DNA from: Octopus vulgaris
Taxonomy: Eukaryota
Length of the DNA: 64,000 nt
Direction: 5' to 3'
NCBI GenBank assembly: GCA_951406725.2
Contig: OX597814.1
Coordinates: forward strand, 147,808,001-147,872,000
A program made the translations under genes and the position numbers. The notes beneath the pieces are model-generated. The model searched no databases, was not told the origin of the DNA, and worked only from the letters and a program-made list of their open reading frames with translations. Shown here piece by piece: positions 1-13,005 of this stretch. How positions within the stretch are numbered: the first letter of the stretch is position 1; every line of letters starts with the position of its first letter.

Positions 1-384
1 CCCCTCCCCCAAAACTTCAGGCCTTTTGTCTATGATAGAAAGGATTATGACCTATGATACTGAGCGTGTTCTCAGGCCGGAGAATTGGCTGATATATTTG
101 CAACAGAGTGGCTGCCATAAAGCACACACACACGCACACACACGCACGCACGCACGCACGCACACACAAAAAGCCCAAGCTGACAACTTAATTTGATATA
201 TCATAACAAGAACATTGTATACGGAGTGTGGATGATTTGGCGTGACTTCTACACATTTTGCCTTGCTTTGTTCAAACGAGGCTACGGAAGAAAGTAATAG
301 ATTTGAAGTTCCAGGTAGTGGTTATCGAACTAGAAGTATATAGTTGCAAGAGACCCACAGGCATTGAAATTATCTTCTATTACT

Positions 385-545
385 CCTGTTTTCTTCCGCT
401 TTTTCTCTAATTTTATCCTAGCCTTCAGAAGAAGAGCTTATGCTCAAAATCATAATCTCTGATGGTTTCTTTCAGTTCTTCGAGCGACAAATTAATAATT
501 ACACCTTATCACCTTTTCATCGGCGCTATTAATTTCATCGTTATT
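385..545 (+). mobile_element. Degenerate Penelope-like terminal repeat with decayed hammerhead motif
   Basis: CAGAAGA-A-GAGC-TTAT-GCTC-AAAA at 426-449 followed by GAGCG..TAATAAT, the same layout as the copy at 52783; ends in (CA)n. Confidence 0.45.
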
Positions 546-553
546 CTTACTTT

Positions 554-589
<36 letters not shown>

Positions 590-738
590 CATGCACCCAC
601 ACGTAAACTAGTCGTATGTTCCAGAACAATAAACCTGTTTCATGACTGATCTTGGCTGATGAAGGTGTGTCATATCAAATATTTTTATGTTGCCGTTGCC
701 GCCGTAGCCATCGTCAAAACCACCACCACCACCGCCAC

Positions 739-771
<33 letters not shown>

Positions 772-1479
772 TACCAACCATGTAACCAACCAACCAACCT
801 TATGTGCAAACGCACATATACATATATGCAGTCACCGATCTATTAATAGGTGGCATACATACTATTATCTGTGCATCTATGTTAGTATACACATTAGGTG
901 TTTATTCCGTGTGAACCAAAAATCCTTAAATAAGAAACATAAATACGTAAACAAATGCATAAATAAATAAAGTAATTTTCTTCCTTCGACTCGACTCCAC
1001 CAGAAATGGAGAAGATAGCGATAAGAGTGAAAATTAATTGTTTATCAACAGTTTCGATGTATAAACAAGTCATGTGTATCCGAATGTGGTCGAGTACGAG
1101 GTGAGTATACTCCAGATTGTCCATTATCAACTTTTACTTGCTAATGGATGCAGTCAATCAACGTTGTTCACCATCTGCTCCTCTTCCTTTTACTCAATCT
1201 GTAGTTTCAAACAAAGCTTTTAGTTCGTTGTAGAAGACCTACGAATAAGCATAACCACTACTATCAACACTACCACCACAACTACCACCACCACCACCAG
1301 CACCAATAGCAAAAACAACAACAACAACAAAAGCAACAGCGTTTTGTTGTTGTAGTAGATGTGGATTTTTTCATTGCTTGTTTTTGTTTTTTTTTTATTT
1401 TCTTTATTTTTTACTCTTTTGTGTTGATGTTCTCCATTAAATCTCTCTCGCTGCTGCTTGTGTGCGTGTGCGTATCTAT

Positions 1480-1853
1480 ATATATGTGCGTGTATAGGTA
1501 TACATACACACATGTATGTATATCTGAGTGTGTATGTATGCGGTTATAATTTGTATATATTTGTATATGCGTCTGTGTACATACGTGTGTGTGTGTGTGC
1601 ACGCGTGTGTATACACATATATGTAATAGTATGTATAGAGATATGTATGTATATGAGTATATATGTATACATTTGTGTATATATGTACGTATATGTATGT
1701 ATATATGTATGCATATGTGTGTATATATGTATGTATATGTATTTATGTATATGTATATATGTGTGCATATGTATTTATGTATATGTATGCATATATATGC
1801 ATGCATATGTACATATATGTATGCATATGTATATATGAATATGCATATATATG

Positions 1854-1895
<42 letters not shown>

Positions 1896-1911
1896 TATGT
1901 ATGTGTATATG

Positions 1912-1951
<40 letters not shown>

Positions 1952-2331
1952 TATGTATATATGTATATATATATGAATATGTATGTATATATGTATATAT
2001 ATATATATATGAATATGTATGTATATATCTATATATATATATATATATGAATATGTATGTACACATATATATATATGAATATATCTGTGTATGTGTATAC
2101 GAATATGTATGTATATATATATATGAATATATCTGTGTATGTGTATACGAATATGTATGTATATATATATATATATATATATATGAATATATCTGTGTAT
2201 GTGTATATGAATATGAATATGTATGTATATATGTATATGAATATGTATGTATATATGAATATATCTCTATATGAATATGTATGTATATATATATATATAT
2301 ATGAATATGTATGTATATATGTATATGAATA

Positions 2332-2374
<43 letters not shown>

Positions 2375-2401
2375 TATATATGTGTATGTGTATATGAATA
2401 T

Positions 2402-2435
<34 letters not shown>

Positions 2436-2440
2436 TCACA
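1480..2440. repeat. Long compound (TA)n/(TATG)n microsatellite with higher-order GAATATGTATG units
   Basis: Directly visible; recurring unit GAATATATCTGTGTATGTGTATACGAATATGTATG(TA)n around 2077-2230. Confidence 0.95.
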
Positions 2441-2537
2441 CACAAATACATAATCACACATACGCGCATGTGTTGCATATATGCGTGAGAATGTGTATGT
2501 GTCGGAGTTCATTTTAAAATTTCTCTATGATTGTGAA

Positions 2538-2740
2538 AGTGGTGGCTTGACGGCAGAATCGTTGGAGATAAAGGCAAAAACACTTTGTAGCATTTGTTCA
2601 AGGTCTTTACCTTCTGTGTTCAGCCTCGCCTTTCATCCTTGCGCAATCGATAAAATAATATACCAGTGAAGTACTGTGGTCGATGTAATCGATATAACCG
2701 CTCCCTTCACTGCAAGTGGCTTGTTCCTGAATAAGAAACC
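2538..2740 (+). mobile_element. tRNA-derived SINE (family A, Meta-like core), diverged
   Basis: GCCTTTCATCCTT..CGATAAAATAATATACCAGT..GGTCGATGTAATCGA core shared with the copies at 13006-13915 and 14781. Confidence 0.8.
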
Positions 2741-3012
2741 TACTTTTCTTTTATTGTGTATTATTTTCTTGTTTTCTGCGTATATTTCTCTGCGCGTTTA
2801 AGTGTTTGTGTGCATGCATTGTACATGCGTCTTAGACTTCTGATCATTATACACCCATTCATGTGTCTGAATTCACACATACACACCTTTATACAAGTAA
2901 CTATACGTCCACATGCATAAATATATATCTGTTTATCGATATGTCCATTTCAGACGTGGTTTCATTTGTCTTTGGTGTCGTTATTATTTTTTGGTACATT
3001 TCTTTGCGCTTT

Positions 3013-3079
<67 letters not shown>

Positions 3080-3944
3080 GCTATGCAAGTCTAAGTGTAT
3101 CTGTCTTGTTAACTATGAGCACTTCAAAGAATAACATACCGTCCTACAGTCTATTCAGATCTACTGTGCATAATGATGGGAGTATGTTTAGGTTACCAAT
3201 GTCACACGTATGCGCCTACACTGGCGCACGCGTATATTTTTGTATTTTATATTGGTGTTTCATGTGCTGCAAGGAGGACTATATATATATATATAATATA
3301 TACGTGCCTGATTATGTGTACGTATGTGCCCGTATGCATCTGTAGTGTATAAAAATTATTATATATGTTCCTCTGGAGCGATTACGTGCATCATATGTTT
3401 AGATAAGTAACCCTTGTTTGTGAATATCTGTGTGTTTATGTTTGTATAACCATAAAAGTGCGTACTTGTTTATGTGTGCGTTCCTCTGCGTCTGTTTACA
3501 GTCACCAAAGAATTGATATTATTCTAGTCATGTCTGGCTTCACCGACCTTACGTTTCTGACAGAATAGAGAATTAGATAGACATTTTTGTTCATACATAA
3601 TTTGTTTTGATAGTTGCAGTCCAGAAATGCACCGAATCATACACACATGTGCAGCATATGCATACGCACAATCACTTTCCGCCAAACACACACACACACA
3701 CACACACATGTACACAAACATAGACATACACACACTGAACACAAACTAATACTTAAAATGGCTAACAAATACCACATATATGTTTGTGTATTTTTTGTAG
3801 GTGTATGTTTGTGTGCCATGTAATCATAAGATAATGTAATTTGAGGCATACACATAGTTTATACCTTTACGAATGAGTGTGACTACACACACACACACAT
3901 AATACACTTTATCCAAAGATACATAGACTCGAATATAAAGGTGT

Positions 3945-4208
3945 GACATCGTCATTCTACATCCGTTTTCCCTGTTGGCATGGGTTGGACGGTTTGGCAG
4001 GAGCTAGCAAGCCAGAGGACTGCACCAAGCTTTACTGTCTCTTTTGTCAATGGTTTTATGACTAGATGCCCCTCCTAACGCCAGCCACCTTACAGAGTGC
4101 ACTGGGTGCATTTTACGTAGCACCAGCACTGGCGAGGTCTGTTTTGGCATGGCTTTTACGGCTTGATGCCCTTCCTAAGGCCAACCACTTTACAAGTTAG
4201 ACCGGGCG

Positions 4209-4213
<5 letters not shown>
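3945..4213 (-). mobile_element. RTE-associated SINE/LINE fragment with internal duplication
   Basis: Two copies of GATGCCC(T/C)TCCTAA(C/G)GCCA(A/G)CCAC; minus-strand end CCGTCCAACCCATGCCAAC..GGAAAACGGATG resembles an RTE-type tail. Confidence 0.7.
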
Positions 4214-4239
<26 letters not shown>

Positions 4240-4392
4240 GGAGACTTATGCTGAAAACTAAGCAGACCTTACGAAAACAAAATCAATACAGGTTGGAAGG
4301 AAGAGCATATGTAACCTTATTTGGAATACAAACATGATAACCTTAGCAGTGTTTCAAGCTTCTCGTCATTAAACTCAGGTATATATACTCGA

Positions 4393-4454
<62 letters not shown>

Positions 4455-5134
4455 TTAAATGCATGTGCGTGTATGTGTCTCTAGATTCGGGTATAGGGAG
4501 TGCAGAAATGCAAGCGCACGCCATAAAATTTGGAAGAGGAGTAACAAAGTCGTTTTGTACATCCTCCTGAAAAAACAGCTACGCCAAAAAAGAATGAGCG
4601 GTGAAACAATTTTGAGCTGATTTTAGCCCAATATATCGATAGTAATAATACCTATGTTTGATTTGATATTAACATTGAGAAAAATTGACTATGTTTCTAA
4701 AATTTGGGGAACAGCATTTGCATTTCCTGAGCAATATCCGTTCCCGCATTTATGCTTGGGCGATATTTTTCGTATGTTTTGTGCACATGAGTAGATGTGC
4801 GTGTATGTAGGCATTTTCTGTATCTGTGGATAGTGACAGAGTAGATGTTCATATAATATAAATAGCTCGTCTCGGTATTAAATGTTTTTCTTTTTCTATC
4901 TTTGATATATATATATTTCTTTCTCGAATACGAGTATTCACATTTTTGTTAAACATTAGCACTAGCAACCAAATGTTCGTTCAATGACGTAATAGTTTCG
5001 TAAAAGCGGAAGGTCATGTAATATAATATAGTCCTGGATACACTACAGTTGATAGTTTCGTCAGTATCTCAGGAAGAAATTTTTTGATGGATACATATGC
5101 TCTGAATATGCATTTTCTTCTTTGTTATATAATA

Positions 5135-5290
5135 GTCATTCAACTAGCTAGAGTTAGCTACCAATGTCCTTTAAATCACATCCTAACGTCTTGAAAAAAG
5201 TATGTAGATATTGTTTAATTTTCTGCATTTACAAATGGAATGTGTTTGATCATAAATCTGGTCAGTTATGGGCGACATTAGAGTAACGTG
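5135..5290 (+). mobile_element. Ancient dispersed repeat (family C)
   Basis: Similar to the motif GACCTGCTAGAAATAGCAGCCAAATCTC..AAATCACACCCTA found repeatedly in the window. Confidence 0.55.
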
Positions 5291-5414
5291 TTAATGAGAG
5301 ATAATCATTTCCCATTGATAACTTATTCCTCCAAAGACAGATTTCCTCCGCCCCATTGCAAGTTAAACTGTTGAGGTGCAAACTCTCCATAGTTGATTTG
5401 TCTATTTTAGGTTG

Positions 5415-5645
5415 TTGGCGGTGTTGCTGTTTAGCTCCTGGTCAGCATTTATCGAAAGCTTGTTTATGGTCTAAGCTGCTCCAACCAAGACAAATCCGTC
5501 TTTTTAACGGTATCTGGGAATTCATTAGCCACTGTGTTTTTCACGTTTTCAAGATTGTCGGTTATTAGCTGTCGTAAAGTTGACTGGCATGACTAATAGA
5601 CTGTGTGAACACATAGACACCCTATCGTTAGCTTGCTGTAAATTT
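5415..5645 (-). mobile_element. Ancient dispersed repeat (family C), inverted copy
   Basis: TGTTGCTGTTTAGCTCCTGGTCAGC.. is the reverse complement of the family end ..GCTGA(C/A)C..GCTA(A/C)ACAACAACA seen at 16010-16040. Confidence 0.55.
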
Positions 5646-5981
5646 GTTGAATCGATGAGTAATCTTTGGGTATTGGACTTATATTTTGAAACGATCCGAA
5701 CAATCATTCGACCAACTTCTTTGACCGCTCCTTTTAGAAGGAGGGAGGAATACAATGTTCGTTACATTGTAACAACTAATATTTTTCTGTTTGTCTTTTC
5801 TGATATAACTCGTTGCAATGGCCCTTTGTTGTAACTGCATGGTCAACAGACAAGAAAGTGTTGTACATATATGTCCAATATTACAGCTAGAAACAGGAAA
5901 TTTACAACTTTCGTGTTTGCTTAAAAATCTGACAACGTCATTAAACTTCTGAAGTTTTATTTCATGGTTTATATTTTATTA

Positions 5982-6039
<58 letters not shown>

Positions 6040-6500
6040 GTTTGTCAATGTGGATATGTAAGTTTTGTGTTTTTGAAATATATTATTAATGCTACATTGG
6101 GCGTAATGCATATTTTGTTCCGTTTGATGACTCTTTTGATAAATGCATTCCTCTTTTCTATAGTCGGTGTGCATTTGGTTCATGTAATAAATTCTATGTG
6201 CGCGGTTTGTTGCTTTTTACTGTTTGGTTTACATTTACGGTTTGTTTGTTTTTACAGTGTTTTCGCTTTACTTTTGTTATCTGTTATATTTATTGTATAG
6301 AATCTGTTTCTGTATTGTTGTATAATGTAATCTACTATATTATTTGAATATCCGTTATTGACTAGCGTTTGTTTAATGTCTCTTTCCCAGTGTTTATTTT
6401 GTGGTGGCAACATTGAAAGGCTCTTCTCAGTAAGGATTTTTATAACTGACGGTGTTACATCTACGTAGATGGACAATGACAGTAGCTCCTCCATACATGT
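6040..6500 (-). pseudogene. Penelope-like element reverse transcriptase remnant (thumb/linker region)
   Basis: ORF 6252-6494 contains IKQTLVNNGYSNNIVD and ORF 5962-6183 NQMHTDY, resembling PLE RT C-terminal motifs (..IKQxLxNNGYP.., ..NQMH..Y); stops and frameshifts; abuts (TTA)n. Confidence 0.65.
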
Positions 6501-7011
6501 ATAAGCATTTATTAGTGATTGTTATATGGACTGACGTTAAACAACTTCTACAATTTCTTATTTCTACTTAGATATAAAAACTCGTTGGGTTGTTGAGACT
6601 TGTGAATTATTTATCGAAATTACATTCGGATTTTGAGGTGGGGAATAAAAGTTATGTTCCAAATCTTTTTCTTTAAATTACAATTTTTTGCTTATTCATT
6701 TAAGGTATCCATCTCAATAAATGTCATCACGTACCTGATGTAATTAGCGAAAGTTTGTTTCCGATACATTTCTCTCTCGTTTTCTCTCTCTGTCTCTGTC
6801 TATCTGTCTCCCTCTCTCTCGCACACACACACATACACACATATATATCTGTGTGTGCGTATTGATATACATAACCGCACACACACACACACATATAAGT
6901 ATGCATAGATATATATTCACATATACATAATGCACATATACACACACAAGTGCATATATGCACTCACAGGAGTATGTGTCTGTCAGTATTGTAATCAATT
7001 CTATTTATGCA

Positions 7012-7205
7012 TGGTCCATCGACCTGCTAGAAAAAGCAATCAAATCTCACTGAAATCCTAACACACTATTCTAGTCAATACAGAAACCAACAATGAACAA
7101 TGCACTAAACATTATTATAAAATAGGATGTGATGGTCACGGTTATAACGTCTCCGTTGATAAGACTGTTTGATAAGGACGGACCTGGCCAGGAACACCAA
7201 CAGCA
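7012..7205 (+). mobile_element. Ancient dispersed repeat (family C)
   Basis: GGTCCATCGACCTGCTAGAAAAAGCAATCAAATCTC...GATGGTCACGGTT..GACCTGG; another copy follows at 7280-7450. Confidence 0.6.
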
Positions 7206-7454
7206 TCAACAGTAAATGACCCACGTTGCTTCGAACGTATATATATATATATATGTATATACAGTCGAGTGATATTTCTTGCCGCTCAACTTGCTAGAAA
7301 TAAAAACCAAATTTTTTCTCAAAATAATCACCACCATTCAAAAAAGAACTCTGGGAATTGTAGTCCAGAATTCATAGCGTATTAGAACAAAAAGTATGTT
7401 GGTCACAGTTGGAGTGTCTTTGCTTGTAGGCTTGCATGCAACGTTAACAATTTT

Positions 7455-7600
7455 TTTCTACTACAGTCACAACACCTAAAATTTGGTTAGGAGGCCAGTC
7501 GATTACATTGATTTCCCCTACCCCAGTGTACGACTGGTTCTTATTTTATCGACCCCCAAAAAGATGAAAGGGAAAGTCCACCGCAGTGGAGTTTGCAGAA
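7455..7600 (-). mobile_element. SINE family A, partial
   Basis: TTTTATCGACCCCAAAAAGATGAAAGG is the reverse complement of the family A core. Confidence 0.75.
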
Positions 7601-7763
7601 CAAAAATAGAATAGGGTGAAGAAAACCTTCGAGTAGCTACTCGAAATGCTAAAATTAGAAGCAAAATCTCCTTGCATTTATACCATGCCATTTAAAATAA
7701 AAATAAATTAAAACAAAAAATGATGGAAAGGCGCATGATGGAAAAAGGCGCATGATGGAAAAA

Positions 7764-8175
7764 GGCGCATGAGTGGCTGTGTGGTAAGGAGCTTGCTTAC
7801 CAACCACATGGTCCTGCGTTCAGTCCCACTGCGTGGCACCTCGGTCAAGTGTCTTCTACTATAGCTTCAGGCCGACCAAAGCCTTGTGAGTGGATTTGGT
7901 AGACGGAAACTGAAAGAAGCCTGTCGTATACATGTATGTGTGTGTGTATATATGTTTGTGTGTCTGTGTTTCCACCCACCCCCAACATGCTTGACAATCG
8001 ATGCTGGTGTGTTTACGTCCCCGTAACTTAGCGGTTCGGCAAAAGAAACCGATAATATAAGTACTAGGCTTACGAAGAATAATTCCTGGGATCGATTTGC
8101 TCGACTAAAGGCGGTGGTGCTCCAGCATGGCCGCAGTCAGATGACTGAAACAAGTAAAAGATTAAAGAGTAAAAA
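7764..8175 (+). mobile_element. tRNA-derived SINE (family B), full length
   Basis: Head GGCGCATGAGTGGCTGTGTGG (A box) ..GTTCAGTCCC (B box-like), central (TG)n, tail GGTGCTCCAGCATGGCCGCAGTC..TGACTGAAACAAGTAAAAG. Confidence 0.9.
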
Positions 8176-11100
8176 GAGAGAAACATATGATTATGTAATC
8201 TTAGATAGACTATACCAGAAAACACGAGCTGGCTACGATTGGAACATTTTTGTTTAAAAGCCCACTCGATCTCAGCTGACTTGTATTTAAATAACAGTAC
8301 AGGGTCCATTCGTTCTGTAATCGATAGAGCTGTAGTTTCCTCTCGTCTCATTTTTTTGTTTTTGCTTCTGTGTGCGTGTGTGTTACTTTCTTTTTTCATT
8401 TCTGTCCCCTTCGCCACCATCTCTGCTCTTTGCTATTTACTCCTTCCTCGCTTCCTTCTACTATCCCTTTTCTTTTAACTCTCCCTCTTCCTCTGCTCTC
8501 TTACTCTCCCTTTTTCTCATTTCTTTGTACAAACATTAGTGATTTATCTGCATCAATAGGGTTCTGTATTGATTATTTTTTCCAGAAGCATTCACCCAAT
8601 TTCTCCTCTCTGTTCTCACTCCCTCTCTCCATCCTGACCTTCCTTACGCTCTGTTTCTCTCTCTCCCTCATCTCTCAGTCTCTCTCATCTCATGCCCTTC
8701 CTCCCTTACACTCCCTTTTACTTGGTCATTCTCTCTACGCTATCTCACACTATCTGCCTTTGTTATATTCCCCACCTGCGGCACCATCCCATTATTGCTC
8801 TAAAGATTGAAACACAGAACACGGCAAACACATACACACACCCATTAGGAACACTCTCCTCGACCGATATGCACATAAACGTATACATACGCTCACTCAC
8901 ACATAAATATATATATATATACACACACACTCATCTACACTCACATAAACACTGTTCCACTATTATCTCATAAGCACAAATATACACAATTACGCATACA
9001 AAAACAACTTCCAATAAAAAGAAAACAATCCTAAAAATAACGGCACACAGACACATACACATACACAACAATTTCTTATTGTCTCATATATATATATATG
9101 TATATATATATATAATGTGTGTATGCCCAATATATAAACAGACACATGTATGTAATGTATGTGTGTGTTGACAGAAATATATATATATATATTTGTACTC
9201 ACACGTTAAATATATATCATACATACATACACAGTTATTCACAGGCAAAAATATAAAATAACTGAAACAGACAACGGTGTAAAGTGCGTAATTGATGTAA
9301 CATCGATTGAACATCAGAGAAGATAGGTGTAGATAGCGATGGAGAGGAGAAGATGGTAGGTGAGAGAAGGTGAATCGTTGCCGTGGAAGAGGGATGAGAA
9401 GGGAGGGGGTGTTGGAAAGTGAACAAGACAAAAGGTGAAGTGGGGGCGAATAAAGAAAAAGGGATTGATTTTTAAAGTTACATCAATACACACACACTCA
9501 CACACATATCGATAAACACGGATGTAGATACATAAACAGGGAGGTAGTTAGGTTGGAATCTATTTTTCTCTGTTTCTGTCTGTCTGTCTATCTATCTGCA
9601 TATCTTTCTCTCTCTTATTAATATGTATATGTATACGCACGCACACACACACATACACACACACACACAAACACACACACGCACATAACAAGAAACATTG
9701 CACTGTCTTGAAAATTCTTTTAAAGACTACATTATTTAAAGCAAGCAATATTGGTTACATGATACCTGGGAAAAATAACGCAAAAAAGAAATGAGTTATT
9801 CATTGTCGGAATACTTTTGATCATAAGCCTGCTGAATGATAGTCTACCTAGGGCTAAATAACAGTTATAAAATATAAAACAAAAAAAGAACAACCACAGG
9901 AAGATGAAGCAATAATGAATACGTCGGATATTCTTTTTGAAAGGTAGATGTAAGAGGAATTTTAAGCAGAAGTGAGAGTAAAATGAAACGTATGTCTGTG
10001 TTTGGGAGACGGAAAAGGAAAACAGAGAAGGGCTGAAGACAGAGGAAGAACTGAAAATGAAATGAACTGAAATAAAACATATGGAATGTTGTATGTATGA
10101 ATGTATGAATACTCTATACACGTGCAGAATGCAATAAGTATTTTATCTGATCCGGTGACTTGTTTGTTACTCTGGAGTTTCCGTAATGTAGTCAGTTTTT
10201 CAAACAAAAGAACACAGGTGTAACTGGTCATTAACAATTAGACTAACTTAGATAAACTATATCTATCTCTTTCCAAGTGTTCTATTCCTTCTCATCAACA
10301 TTCTTCTCCTCCTTCTCCGGGGAATGTCTCCCTCCATCCTTCATTTCGTCCTGTGATAATGGAAATTGTAGAATGCCGAGTCGAATTAAAACATTTGTTA
10401 ATGAAACCAGTAACGGCATCGAATTTTATTATATTTCTCACCACTCTAGCATGGAAAAGATAAGTTCTTTCTAGGCATATATAAGGATGAAGGAGTCATT
10501 CACAAACCTCTCTCGTCGTGTGAGTGTGAGGTTTTGTTCCAGGGCAAGATGTCGTCTGAGAAACAAAGAGCATGCTCCGGAAATTCTGTGAACTTGCAGC
10601 AACTCTGTATCATTGTCAAATCAAAAATCATCTCCCTGACGATTATAATTCTCACGGGAAACCTTCGCCGGTGACAATATTCCATTTTCTTATCTAAAGA
10701 TAGGGTGTTGGTCAAAAGAAAGCTATTACTATTATGATGAAACACGGTGGATTAATAGAATCAGATTAACATAGAAGAAAATATTTAGATAAAGTAGTGA
10801 ATTGTGATAGCAACAGAATATTTAGCTCAATAAGAGTAGCAAGACCAGAGTAACCAATGAATTTATGGCCAATACAAACTATGTTGTTTGCAATTGTATT
10901 GATGCGAGACAGGCAAAGCGGAAAATAAATAAATGAATAAATAAAAACTTGAGATGATGTAGTGAGATTGGAAATAAAATGTTTTACGCAATTTTTGATA
11001 TTAGTGGGGAGGACAGTCGGACAATACAGTTTTCGAACAACTTAATACAATAGAATACTTTGGTTGAGAAGCTAGAAACAGAAAAATAAGTATAAACCCA

Positions 11101-11209
11101 GTGGTTCGGGTGCATTTGTAGACTAGCTAGTTCACATGCGAATAATATATGAAAGATAAAAGAGAGTAGCAGGAGAGAGTGAAAGTGTGTGTATGTTTGT
11201 GTTACACAA

Positions 11210-11419
11210 TGATATTGATTTCAAATTTTGACTTACGGCCAGCAATTTCGGGGCAGGGCAGAGGTCGATAACATCGCGGTACATAACTGGTACTTCTTTC
11301 ATCGACCCCGAAAAGATGAAAGACAAAGTGACCACGACAGAATTTGAACTTGAGAACGGATGAAATTTTCCTAAGCATTTCACCCAACGTAGCTAACTAT
11401 TCTGCCAGCTCACCACCTT
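11210..11419 (-). mobile_element. SINE family A, full length
   Basis: Reverse complement of AAGGTGGTGAGCTGGCAGAAT..GTTCAAATTC..CTTTCATCTTTTCGGGGTCGAT. Confidence 0.85.
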
Positions 11420-11799
11420 ATGTTACTCCCTGATGTTGAGACGTGGACTGGTTAGATAACCTTGGAATGCATAAAGAAATCCCGAGACCATGGGTGGGGA
11501 GGAATATTGGTGAAAAACTCCAGCTTCAGGAATATAACGAGACCAACTGCATTTGATTTATTTGTACTCCTTTATGTTAATCGTTGCCTTTCATCATTCT
11601 AAGGTAAGATAAAGAAAATAACAATCAGAATACTAAAGTCGATGAATTCAATAATAAACTTCCCCCTAAAATATTACATTCTGCTATGTTAAAAATAGTA
11701 ATTTATTAGTAATATGTTAGTAATATGTCTTCTCAAGTTTGATCTACATCTTGGGATTTACTGTTGATCGAGAATTTACGTTCTTAGCGGTATAATTTT

Positions 11800-11957
11800 C
11801 TATCTTGTATCTTTTATTAGTTTCAGTCATTAGACTGCTGTCATCGACCCCCAGTACTCAATTGTTTTTTTACTCACACTATCGGTTCTTTTTTCAGAAC
11901 CGCTAAGTTATAGGGACGTCAAATGGAGGCAGTGGGGACAAACAGACACACATCTAT

Positions 11958-12013
<56 letters not shown>

Positions 12014-12204
12014 TATGTATGTATGCATGTATGTATATATGCGACGGGCTTCTTTCAGTTTCCGCTTACCAAATCCACTCACAAAGCTTTGGTTGGCCCG
12101 GGGCTGAAGTAGAAGACACTTCCCAAAGGTGACACGCAGCGGGACTGAACCTGGAACCATATGGTTGGGAAGCAAACTCCTTTCACACAGCCACGCATGC
12201 GCCT
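11800..12204 (-). mobile_element. SINE family B, near full length
   Basis: Reverse complement of the 7764 element, with head AGGCGCATGCGTGGCTGTGTG and central (TA)n. Confidence 0.9.
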
Positions 12205-12541
12205 ACATCCACTAATTTTAGATGGTCTGTTATATTCAAATCTGCTTGAGCAGATACACACACTATACAGACGTTAGTGGAACAATGGTGATTCTTTTTC
12301 ACTTTGTTATTTTCCTGTATACTTCCCAACGATTTAATGTTTTTGTTTGTAATTTTCTAGAGGAAGACCCTATTCTGTAGTTGCTCGTCAACGTGTCTTA
12401 AAACAAGTCCCATTAACTGAACTCCACCCATAAATGCTATGGTAAAAATATACTTTTACAAAGTGCTTTGCGATGGGATTGAACTTGTTACCAACTCGTT
12501 GAGAAGTTATGTTCTCACTCATACAGTCATATAACGACATA

Positions 12542-12748
12542 CTGTAATACCTCGAATACCGTCGGTGTTACATTCCAAAACCTCCCACAGAAATAATTAA
12601 AATATAAAAAATTCTAAATACCTATCGGCCACAGAAACTCAGATATACTGAGGACTTCACGATATAAATTTATACATATATTAGCCAGAAAAATCCGCGA
12701 TGTACTGAGTACGTGATAAGTGAACCGTGATATGGCGAGGGATTACTG
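12542..12748. mobile_element. Tigger/pogo-like MITE
   Basis: Termini CTGTAATACCTCG / CGAGGGATTACTG form an inverted pair matching 11 of 13, flanked by TA on both sides. Confidence 0.75.
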
Positions 12749-13005
12749 TATATCCGGTTCACTAAAAACGAGACCACGTACTCATTAGAATTGACTTTGA
12801 AATTAAAATTCGGCTAATAAATAAATGATATATCCGGGTTCAAGCAAACCCGGATACCTTTTATTTATTTATCTTTTTTTATTTATTGAGGATATGATTT
12901 TTTTACTTGTGAGTAAGCACGTAACTTCAAAAGAAAGTCAGAAGCGTAAATATTCATATTCATCAACAAATAGGAAACTTTAGAGAGGAAATATGTTGGC
13001 TTTGT

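Noticed and set aside
650-685. CTGATGA followed by a weak stem
   Set aside because: No GAAA box and no helix I pairing
1411-2512. Many overlapping ORFs rich in Y/I/M/C/V/H/T
   Set aside because: They are translations of (TA)n/(TG)n microsatellites open in several frames on both strands; the same applies at 24782, 34644, 39971, 48023 and 58745
10500-10745. 81-aa ORF with LCFSDD, reminiscent of a Tc1 catalytic motif
   Set aside because: A single short motif with no TIRs or further transposase similarity
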